Source of the DNA: Trichinella spiralis
Taxonomy: Eukaryota
Length of the DNA: 20,000 nt
Assembly (NCBI RefSeq): GCF_000181795.1
Contig: NW_003526947.1
Coordinates: 260,176 to 280,175 of the forward strand
Direction of reading: 5' to 3'
The notes under the pieces are model-generated. The model searched no databases, was not told the DNA's origin, and saw only the letters and a list, made by a program, of their open reading frames with translations. Shown here in pieces: positions 10,196 through 20,000 of this stretch. The translations under genes were made by a program, and so were the position numbers. Every line of letters starts with the position of its first letter. Within the stretch, counting starts at the first letter, position 1.

Positions 10196-13100
10196 GGACG
10201 TTTTAAAAACACATTCTTACTTGTTGCATCAGGGAGCCAATAGTAAACCAAAAACTGTTTCCCAGAGAAAACTGATTTTCCTTGTTCTCTTCTTCACCTT
10301 GACAAGTATGTGAGCAAACCCATTCTGAAGGACTTATTCGGGCAACAAGCCAAAGTATGAGGCTAACAACAACGTACGCAGCTCCCATGTACATCCACAC
10401 ATCCAGAGAAAGTGGTGCCAAAAAACTCAGCAAACTAGGTGGCGTTTTTTCTGGTTTTTTAAATAATATGCTTATTCCTAGGTGCATGTATGGCACTGAA
10501 AAATCAATCACTTCACTTCGAACAAAGTTGATTGTCAGAGAAGCAACAGCAACGTCTGCGTCCTAAATAGCAGCTCTGTTCAAGGAAACTGTCTCAAATA
10601 GAGGATAGTTTAAATTTGGTCAGTAGAAGGTTCGAATAAAATTTCAAAACTTCATTTCAAATTACAAAGTCAACATGCATTATAATATAAGTTGCTATAG
10701 TTGCCTTTAATGACCTTTAATGAAACATTTAAAAGTGCAGTTCAACGCTACTTATGATAATAACCTTCAGCGTATAAATAAAGTGATCTTACTCCATTGA
10801 TAAGTTCACCAATTATTCCATTCCAACGACCGTTAGCATCAGGTGTACCATATGATTTATCTTTCACTTCGTGTATAGTGAAATTAAATTTGTTCATTTC
10901 AGCAATTCGTTCCAAAAGATCTATGCAAAATCCTTCATAGCGGTCATTTCCGCTCAGTTTTTCTACAGATTTTTTGTACATCACAAATGGCGCTTCCTGA
11001 AATCGAGATACAACAATAAATGCAGTCAAAAAACAAATCCACACGAACCATGTAGACAGTCACCCGAAGAACTTTATTTTCCAATGACTCTGCAATTTGT
11101 GCAGTCTTGGGTAAATCAGATTTGACATGCTCTAAGCCTCTTTGTTGGGTCCATGCTGCTATCTGAAAAAAAATCATTTTATTCTGTTATGTAATTGTAT
11201 TAATACGAAGCTAATTTAAACAGTCAGTGAATGAAAGGCACAATGAAAAATATCAAACAGCAATAATAACAAGCGCAGTAAATTAGAATAATGAATAACG
11301 AACGACAGGTTTTCTTGAACAAATCAGTAATATTAACATTGTATTTATTAATTATTACACAGACCTTCACAAATCCTTGAGTAGTTGCTTCCACGATTTG
11401 CATGCTAAAATTAAATCTTTTACCATAGCCATCAAACTGAATATGGCCTGTCGAGCCTTGAAATGCAGTCTAATATTTCATAAAATAAGCACAAAATAAT
11501 ACAAAAACATGTTAGAAAAAGAAAAAAATGTTTACAGCTTTCAAAAAATTCATGAATGTTGTCCCACCACGCCAAACGCTTTCATTTCTGCAGTCTACTG
11601 ACTCTGGTTTAAGCGAATTTTGCAGCACAATAGCTGTTTTGGTAATCACCGATACAGCGTCATTTATAACAGCGACGTACGTCTGATAGTAAACAAAAAT
11701 ATAATCGAAAGTCAAAGTAAAATGACAGTTTACTGGTAATGTTCCTGATGTAAATATTGGCCAGCTTCCGTTAGTGGCTTTATGATTTTTAAGTCTTGCA
11801 ATAATGCGCTTTGTAACTGGTGCGTCGTCGTCGACAAAACGGATAGCAGTAATGTTGCAGCCTTTCATTTTGTACGGTATCAAATCCAAAGTATAAACAT
11901 CCTACACAAAAAATGTTAAGTTGTAGGGTATTTTCAGAAAAGCAGAAATTACTAGATCAGTAAAAACATAATGATAATATGGACCAAGCATATTCATTTC
12001 CATTGCCTAAGATAGAAAAATGTCATTGATTATTAATATGCTAAAAATGTAAAATTTATACGTCGTCTAAAAATTTTCGAACCGTCACCAAATCTGCCTG
12101 AACTACAAAAAAGTAAATGTGTTGCAGCTCTTTCAGTTGCTTAAGTTGTGGTCGAAACTGGCGACCTGGGTTGAGGCGTTGTGCGTGGAAAATTACAGAA
12201 TAATCTTTTCTTTGAAGATTTAACAATTCTTGCAATTGCATGAGACCGAAAAAAGCATACATGTTTTTAAATTAAACAAAACTGTTTTCAAAAAAAGTGA
12301 ATGAATAACAACTTTGCATAGATAATAATTAATAATACAGTTCTGCTTGATTTTTTTAATGAATTAAAAACTTCCATTGCTGCTTAATTGTACTGTAAAT
12401 AATGTTGCGCTAGATATATATAGATGCTATTTTGTCATGATATCTACCTTAAAAATTGTTGTGCTATGTGTAAATTGCATCTTGGTAATATCTCGATTAG
12501 AGCAGTTAAATTCAAGTATTTTATGAACAAATCAATTAATATAATGGTGTTGTGTAAGAAAAGTATGCAACAATGTAACTAACGACAAACACAAACATTA
12601 ATACAACACGTTATGGATAATTATTATGCTCAGAATGCTCAAGATGTTCAGAATATTTTGTCGTCGTGAATTTTCTGCTTATTATTAAAAGCAACAATAT
12701 TAGAGTTATCCGTTTTATATATAGATTTGCTGCATATTTTTAAAGTAAATTATACTTTTATTTGAAATGTGAAATTTATTGTTGATAGTGTATTTTTGAA
12801 ATGCTGCTCACCAAAATTATCTTGATAAAGAATGACAGCTCGTTGCCACTGAAATTGTTTTATCAAATTGGAAATTACAGTCCCAACAGCAGTAGATGGA
12901 GGATACAAGTCAATGGAGTTTAAAAATGGCTTTGAAGAGTCGTCAAATTTAACCATAACTAGTGGAATCTCATGACTTTCACAAAGCAGTCGTACATTTT
13001 CACTTGAACGCGTATCAAGTGCTGTAAAAATGGCAATGCTTTGAGTAAGCAAAAGACCGCAAGCTAAAATAAAAAATTAAAATAAATATTCACGCAATCT

Positions 13101-13587
13101 TTCCATACATTCAGTTTTTAAATATTCAATGCTAAATGAATGCATGCCAACGATAGGAAGTGAATTTTACCTGTTGACTTGTTTTACATTTTTACAACAC
13201 GTATTCTTTATAAATTATCCATCTTCAATTTTACAGTTGTTTTTGTATTGCAAAACAATAATTTTAATAAATTAAACAGTTTCAACATAGTTATTATTTA
13301 TTTTAATTTTACAAGGGTTTTTTTCGAACGGGGTTTAGTTTTAATGTTAATAACTTGCCTTTGTCAACTAATTCGACAACATCTTCGTCATTTTCCATGC
13401 TAAGCATGCGCGACTTAAATGTAACAGAGCTGGTCGAATACTGATCAACAGCAACGTAAAATGCAATTCGTCCAGCGACATCACGTTTACCAAACAGGCT
13501 GCTCAACCAGAACACTTTTGCTGCTAGATTACTGATCAACAAAAAAAGTGCAAACGAAATGGCTAACCAACAACAACAGCTCCTCAT
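9237..13587 (-). CDS. Ionotropic glutamate receptor subunit, non-NMDA (kainate/AMPA-like, nematode GLR family), 13 exons, ~840 aa
   Basis: Exons (minus strand): 13587-13359, 13063-12812, 12246-12062, 12006-11953, 11901-11734, 11682-11536, 11469-11365, 11162-11049, 10996-10793, 10562-10221, 10076-9858, 9809-9584, 9514-9237 = 2523 nt in frame to TAG. Motifs: signal peptide, ATD, S1 (EAPFVM...YEGFCIDLL...[20 protein letters not shown]), M1, pore loop [15 protein letters not shown]3 [16 protein letters not shown]2 ([31 protein letters not shown]) and M4 ([25 protein letters not shown]). Confidence 0.95.
10160..10192. repeat. (AT)n microsatellite in the iGluR intron following the pore-loop exon
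   Basis: Direct inspection. Confidence 0.9.
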
Positions 13588-15197
13588 CAAAGTAACTTTT
13601 TTAGACAATTTCAGACAAAATGCCGCTTGTTTTCTTGTTCAACTTTTTATGCAAACAGCAAACTAAGCGTATATTAATGACAATTTGACGATTGCATTCC
13701 AGCTAACCAAGTGCGCCAATAGTTAGCTAAGCCAAATAGCATATGGCAGTTAAAATTCAAACAAGCCCACAGCTGCAGGGTATATGCTGAACATGATCCT
13801 GAAATGGAATTTTTCTACCTGTGGGTTTAGTTTGACTGGTTCACGATGCCAAAATGCCAATTGTCCATGCGTTTCAACTTGATGCCGTAAGCATGGGGAA
13901 AACGAATTGCCAGATTTTCAAATTACTCTTCTACTATTAACTTTCGTTTCTTCAGTTTTTCAAAATTACTAAATATTATTACTTTTTTCTTAACCAACTA
14001 TACTTAAATTCCTAAAACATGAATTATACTGAAATTTTGAAAAACGTCAATTTGATGATAAAATTTTAAATTTTGACATAATAATTTTACAAAATATACT
14101 CGTAGTTAAAGACTGAATTTATCAAACACGCAAGCAGAGTGCTAACATGGTATTGTAGCGAGCATTCAGGACATTGAATATTAACTGTCATTTATATGGG
14201 CCTTGCTATTGGCCATTTTACTTTTTCAATCGACATTTGTTTCATTGAGCGTTTGTTGCTGAATACAAATTTTTATCAATAAAAATGAATATTAAAAAAA
14301 CATATATATATATATAATATTTATAAATGAAATAGAATTATATTTTTGTTATAAACTAAATATGATTTTATTGCTTTAATTTTACATTAAATGGCAAAAT
14401 GAAACTAAAATAAAGCTTTGCACTGTAAATTGCTATGCTACTTGTATAACATCAATGCAACTGATCAAGTAGTTTGTGATTTGCGAGTTGTTTACTACTT
14501 CATCTGTTATGCATTTTAAAGATATTTGAAGAAAGCCAACAACATGTGTACACTGTTGACTTGACAGTTGCTCATCTTTTGAATATTTTCAGTGGCCAAT
14601 ATTGCATGCTTTCAATATACTTTGTCATGCTTGTCATCAGTGACAATTGCAATATCTTTATATATTTCATTCACGATTTAAATAAGCACAAAATGGCTGA
14701 CTCGGTGTATTAAATTTCTCAATTTTTGTTGTGATGTTGAAATAAATAATATCAAAATTGCTTGATATTTATCATTTTTCAAAAAATAATGCCAATAATG
14801 CTCCACAACTTTAAATTTAAAATTTAGCATACTTTTTAATGATACAACTAGTTAATAAACTAATCAGTTGCAAATGAGAAAATGTACTATTTTTAAATTT
14901 ATTATGTTATACTTTGTTAAATAATGAACTGATATTCAGTTTATCTGCATTGATGTCTAGTTGCTGAAGAGAGGCAATTGAATTTTATGCTTAAAACTCA
15001 CACTGTTGATCTATAAAGCTTTTTGATTAGAATATTCTACTTTCGGCAGCATGATTTTAAAGATCACAATGAAAGCATTGTCGTTCGAACAAAAATATTT
15101 TCAAGTAACACTGCTGCTAATAAATGGAGATAAATGCTTAAACTACACAAGTAAAGAATGCAGTTACGAAGCTGTTTACTATTAAACTTCTTCCTTG

Positions 15198-15243
15198 CTA
15201 CTATCGCTACTACTACTACTACTACTTCTACTATTACTACTAT
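15198..15243. repeat. Imperfect (CTA)n microsatellite
   Basis: ctactatcgctactactactactactacttctactattactactat. Confidence 0.85.
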
Positions 15244-15613
15244 TTACTGAACTCATTTGAATTGTTTCTCACTTTATTACAACAAAGCAGAACAATTAAT
15301 TCTCCTGTATCATTCAAATATAAAAACAACTGAAGCTATATTGTTTGCTAATTATACGCTTAAAAAGATACAACGAATGACATTTCTAGCATGCTGTAGC
15401 AAACAAATAAAATAATTCCTGCGACAAATCTTTACTCTTACATTCTACAAACACACACAAGCATATATAAATATATATATTTGTATATATGTTTGTATAA
15501 TATAATTTATCTGTCTGCTTTAGGCACTACTACCAATTTCTTTATCGATTAGTCTTTAAATATTAAACTAAAAATGTCAAAAACTGTAGTAAATAATAAA
15601 CTATACATCAGAC

Positions 15614-16478
15614 CAACGTTTCTTAACAATTTCATCCTCGCGGAACCCTGTATAATTTTTTAAAATGCTTTTTTCTTTTTCAATAACTTATAGCTCTTAA
15701 GGCATGCATACTATATTCTAACAAGCTGGTGAAGCTGAAATGAATAATGGCTACAATAATAACATGCATAACGAATAGCAGATAATATCTACTGGAATTA
15801 ATTGTTCATTGGTGACGTTTATAAGGCGAAGCAATGTGTCATATAAATAAATATATGGGTCAACAGGATGTTGTTTTCGAAATCAATCTGTATATGATTA
15901 CTTGACTGTGATTTGTCATGAAATGTCCATTTAATTTTGCTGGAGCCACTGCTGCATTTGAAAGTTGCTTGCCACAGACAAAGTATAAGGGAATAGGGCA
16001 ACTTGGATCACCAATCCAATTAATGCCCATTTTGAAATAACTTTCATTGTACAAACGGACCTTCTATGTGTTCTTTTTTTCAATGATACCTGTAAGTCAT
16101 CAGAAGGCAGCACTTCCTAGTCACTAGTCAAATCAGAATTGCTTGGACGTGTCCTTTGAAAAACTGCCACATCCAGGATGTTGAAAACAAAATAAATAAT
16201 TAATACTTGATTGAATAAGAGAAAAACAGAGGGAATGACAAAAGAAGTAACAGCTGAAAGCTACAGTAAAAATGAATAGAACTCAGGTAAATTAGAGAAA
16301 CAATGACTCGCACTCAAATTTCTACAACGGAGAAAAATATAGGTAGATACTTTGACCTCGTGAAGACATCGTTGTGAGTGGGAAAAGTGATTGGACATAT
16401 CCTCAGACAATTTGCACTTGTGGCAATATTTTGCGGAACCCCTGGACGCACTCACGGAACCCCATTTCAGAAACGCTG
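15614..16478 (-). mobile_element. Degenerate non-autonomous hAT (Buster/Charlie-type) DNA transposon, 865 bp
   Basis: Imperfect TIRs CAACGTTTCTTAAC (from 15614) and CAGCGTTTCTGAAA (reverse complement, ending 16478), 11/14 identical. The 8-bp flanks CATCAGAC and TATAAGAC match at 6/8, consistent with a decayed hAT TSD. Subterminal CGGAACCC motifs occur at ~15641, ~16434 and ~16455, and there is an internal transposase remnant. Confidence 0.8.
15860..16063 (-). pseudogene. hAT transposase N-terminal zinc-finger remnant (ZBED5/SCAND3/Buster-like)
   Basis: KVRLYNESYFKMGINWIGDPSCPIPLYFVCGKQLSNAAVAPAKLNGHFMTNH resembles the Buster-type YxxxYLxxGFxW...PxCxxC..LSN..M.PxKLxRH...H motif. The first Cys is replaced by Tyr, the upstream frame is stopped, and the catalytic domain is absent. 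Confidence 0.8.
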
Positions 16479-16889
16479 TATAAGACAATTAATTATAAGT
16501 GTAAATAATCAGGTAGATGCTGAACAGATTGATAATGTGCTGATTAAATAATTAGTAAATTTTAGAATTTGTAGGCTATAGTACAGAATAAATGCTAATG
16601 AAGCTCCGCAAACTTTAAAATTTTTTGAAAATAATGTTGGGCTTTTCAATATACAGTTAAGCATAACACGTCATCGACATTTTGAAAGTTTGATATATAA
16701 GAATTAAAGAAAAGATTTTCCTATTGACTTAATCATTAATTATTTCAAAATTTTATACATTTCAAAATTCACCACAATTAGTAAAAGCAAGTTGCTGGAA
16801 GTCGTATGAATTGGTGAAGAAGAAAATCTTCCAGCACCTCTAGAGCGACAAAAACAATAGTACGTTTTTCTGTAGTATGAAGTGCTTAA

Positions 16890-17557
16890 CCTTATGATGG
16901 ATTGTTGGCGTTGGGTACATTGTTGGAGTCATGGGTGCGCCACACCTCACATTAGAATTCCTGCTCAACACTTTTCCATATCTTTAAGCTAAAACTATAG
17001 AAATGGCTTAGAAAAACGTAGTTGTATCAGAACACCAAAAAATGACTAGAGATCTGAATTTTAGTCTCAAAATGCGCAGAATAACGTATTATACTCAACT
17101 CTGTTACCTGTCTCATGAATTTTGCGAAACATAATCTACACGAAGAAAAGAACTAAAATGACGATTTTCTAACGATAATTTTGCTGCAATTTTTACCGAT
17201 AAAAGTCTTCAAAATTATTAAAATTGAAAATATTTCAATGCCGTCATATACAACTATTTTTTTTACAATCTATTAAAGCAACTTTTATAATAATTGAAGA
17301 TATTTTAAGCTTTTCACACGTGTTTTTGTAAAGTGAGGGTATGCCACACCCCAAGAACCCAACAATGTATTTTTTAAATTTACGATGTTCTATAGACCAA
17401 ACAAAAATATCTGAAATATTGCATTTCTTTTCAAAATATATCTTATTGTTTCAAAAGAGTTGTCACAAAGCTTCAGACTATAAAAATAAAAATTGACAAA
17501 CTGCATCGAAAACAAAGCCGCCTGGGGAGTGCTACACCCCAACAATTCATCAAAGGG
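16890..17557. mobile_element. piggyBac-type non-autonomous element (MITE-like), 668 bp
   Basis: TTAA on both sides (16886-16889, 17558-17561). Termini CCTTATGATGGATTGTTGGCGT and reverse-complement CCCTTTGATGAATTGTTGGGGT match at 18/22, and the right end reads AGGG-TTAA. A second, internal inverted repeat pair lies at 16916-16953 and 17331-17369. No ORF. Confidence 0.8.
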
Positions 17558-17666
17558 TTAATTTAGAGTAAATTTAAAATATATAAACATTGGAGGTAAA
17601 TTTAAACAAAAAGCTTCATTGATCAAATTTAAAACAAAAAACGTTTAAAGTACATTAAACTCTAGC

Positions 17667-17704
17667 TATATATAAGCAGCGATTAACGGGATTTGCGATC
17701 AGTT
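17667..17704 (+). promoter_or_regulatory. Putative core promoter: TATA box + initiator
   Basis: TATATATAAG at 17667-17676 lies ~30 nt upstream of TCAGTT (17699-17704). It is followed by donor AA|GTAAGT (17744) and acceptor TTTCAG (17794) just before the ATG at 17796. Confidence 0.55.
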
Positions 17705-17795
17705 TTGCCTTTTTTGACGAACAGGACGCTCCTCTGACGTCAAGTAAGTGAACAATTTAGAGGGTAAAATTTTGTAATTTTCGTTCTCTTTCAGA

Positions 17796-18209
17796 ATGCT
17801 TGATTCTCGAATGTTCAATTGCGAGTTCGTAAAACGGTTTCAGTATGTGATTAGGATGGCAGCAGTGATCCAATGGATCGCGATGGTGGTCGCCATTTTC
17901 TACTTAATTTTGCTGTACAGAAAGGCGAAAAATACCGATTGGAGACGTCGTAGGGAAATACGGCACAATCAAGTATTAAAAGATATCGGCCGTTTCAAAT
18001 CGGTTCCACTTCGATTTTATTCCAAAGTTCCAAGTGGCGAATATCTCTGTGGCCGCAATGCGCAACAAATGGCGTTTAAGAAGATTGTTGCTGTGAGAAG
18101 AGATCCACCGTTGAATAGAATAATGGTGCAAATGAAGCCAGTGATAATTTCCAGAAAAAACCGTAATGTACCACCAAAGGATGTTATGCTGCAAATAATT
18201 CATCTCTAA
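17796..18209 (+). CDS. Hypothetical small basic protein with N-terminal hydrophobic segment (137 aa, or 117 aa from ATG 17856)
   Basis: Open ORF directly after a 51-nt GT-AG 5'UTR intron (17744-17794). It has a hydrophobic stretch VIQWIAMVVAIFYLILLY followed by RKAK...RRRR, and AATAAA at 18330-18335. No family recognised. Confidence 0.65.
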   Translation: MLDSRMFNCEFVKRFQYVIRMAAVIQWIAMVVAIFYLILLYRKAKNTDWRRRREIRHNQVLKDIGRFKSVPLRFYSKVPSGEYLCGRNAQQMAFKKIVAVRRDPPLNRIMVQMKPVIISRKNRNVPPKDVMLQIIHL

Positions 18210-18529
18210 CTAGTGTCTGATGATTCTTTAACTCCACCTATTTTTTTGTTATATTCACATTTTAAAGATCATTTATTTCTTTATAGATGTCACATTTAAT
18301 TTTCTTTTATATATTTAATTCTTTATCGAAATAAATAATAATAATAATTGTTTGTTTGTGTTTTACTGAAATAAAATTATAAAAATTATAACAATATACT
18401 CTCAGGATACCGTTGCCCGTCCCATTCACTTCGTTGACAAATTGCAAGGGATTCAAAAAAATAACACGATGAATGATGAGCGTATAGTGCGGCAAATGTA
18501 CATCATGTATGAAGGTAATAACATCACAG

Positions 18530-18868
18530 AAAAAATCTGAGCAACCGGATGGTTTGCTTGTCCAACACAAAAATGCATGCCTAGGGGAAATTCATCGTGC
18601 ACTTCACTTCAGGAAGGAGCTCGGCTGGATAGTTCTACCAAACCTACCATATTCGCCCCATGATTCAGCACTGTCAGATTATCATCTTTTCTGGTCGCTG
18701 CCCAGCGTTCTGCATTGCGTTTCATTTAACAACGATGTTTAACTGAAAACGTGGTTCCATGAATTCTTCGAGTCAAGACTTTGTGATTTCTATCATCAAC
18801 TCATTGATAAGCTAGCGGAACGATGGCCCGATTTGGTGAACAGTGATGAGAATATAATTCTTGTTTGA
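18530..18868 (+). pseudogene. Tc1/mariner (mariner, SETMAR-like) transposase C-terminal remnant
   Basis: LLVQHKNA...ELGWIVLPNLPYSPHDSALSDYHLFWSL...FNNDV*LKTWFHEFFESRLCDFYHQLIDKLAERWPDLVNSDENII resembles mariner HDNA...LGWEVLPHPPYSPDLAPSDYHLF...FF...FY..GI.KL.ERW. It carries an in-frame TAA at 18740-18742 and a catalytic D-to-K change in HDNA. No TIRs recognised. Confidence 0.9.
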
Positions 18869-20000
18869 TTTGTTAGCATTTTAAATGAAAAATAAACGTT
18901 GACTGCTTTAATTACATAGTATATTATCACCAGTTATCAGATGCTCTCGCAGAGTGGTTAACTGTAGTGCCAACTGTACCCTGGCCCTGGAGGACCCGCC
19001 CTCGCTGGAACAGCCGATCTTGCCTAGAAGCCAGCCCACTGCACAGCGGCAACGGAACAAGCCGGAAACGATGACAGAGGCATCGCAATTTATGTGACCC
19101 TTCCATATTTAAATTCCATACATTTCATTAACAGTTCAATCTTCACTGTTTTGTACTTTTGTAGTTCCAATGCAACTATCTGTTTTTATGATTTTATTGT
19201 GTAGTTTACATCCCAAGTGGACTCAATATGAATTTGCAAATGATTTTGAATAGCTAGACAGGCGATCGCGGGCTTGCACCACCGTTCCTCGCGGGTCGGT
19301 CTGATATTGCACTCCCTGCAGGACCGTCGTATGTTTCCCTTGGGGAAAATACAAAGAGAAGACAAAATAGCGGCTGTACAGTTCCAGACCAAATGGACGT
19401 TAATTAAAGCCACCTGAGTTGCAGCCGCCATTTGTAAAAGAGCGACAGCAGAATTGAAGCGGCGCCGCAGTTTAGCAAAAGAGATCACTCTCGCTTCCCC
19501 AGTGACCGTGTCTCCTACGAAACTCAGTACAGTATATAAGTCTCTTGGCAAACTGATTACCGGTTGAATTCAAACTTGAGAACTTCAATGGTTTCTGTAA
19601 TTCAATTGAAGAAAATGCAGGTGCTTTTCAGTGTAAGTAGGCATAGTATACCACGTTTTTGGAAGTATTTTCTACGAAATGGTTTTTCGTCAGAATCATT
19701 CTTTGAGTAGTGAAGATGGAAATTTCTGTGCGATATCTATTATTTTGCTTGCTATTGAGCTAGCGTTACTCTCAATTTTATTTACTCAACCCAATTAAAA
19801 ATTGCTTGTTTGTTTTGAATGCTGTGGAGTTTTGATTGCCTGCGCGCAACCTACCCTCGCACAAAACGTGCCCCATACATAGAAAATTTTTACAGAACGT
19901 CGAATGATGGCGTAAGTTTTTCTTCGGTGCCTTTGACATCTATCATGATGGGGGGATTACGCATTCATGATAATTCCCACATGCTGCAGTCTATGCAACA

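Noticed and set aside
19186..19551. 121-aa minus-strand ORF
   Set aside because: TTG start, no recognisable domain or splice support; probably repeat-derived.
19941..19972. Small inverted repeat TATCATGA...TCATGATA
   Set aside because: An 8-bp AT-rich stem near the window edge with no supporting context.
1..20000. CRISPR array, tRNA/rRNA or prokaryotic defence system
   Set aside because: The sequence is intron-containing eukaryotic DNA. No repeat-spacer array or structured RNA gene was recognised by eye.

Overview
AT-rich eukaryotic genomic DNA with short introns and TTTCAG/TTTTAG-type acceptors, most likely a nematode (Trichinella-like; organism is inferred). From left to right it contains: (1) a multi-exon inositol 1,4,5-trisphosphate 3-kinase gene (+, 616 to at least 3196); (2) an intronless, GC-rich gene for a 460-aa type I membrane protein with three tandem Cys-rich three-finger/Ly6-uPAR-like domains (-, 6852-8234); (3) a complete 13-exon, ~840-aa non-NMDA ionotropic glutamate receptor gene (-, 9237-13587); (4) a transposon-rich tract with a degenerate hAT/Buster element, a piggyBac-type non-autonomous element and a mariner transposase pseudogene; (5) inside that tract, a small unrecognised membrane-protein gene with TATA+Inr, a 5'UTR intron and a polyA signal. 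To keep family-conserved motifs, the receptor's first two introns need non-canonical splice sites (GC donor; CG instead of AG acceptor). No prokaryote-type system, CRISPR array or RNA gene was recognised. All exon calls were made by eye from splice signals plus recalled family motifs.
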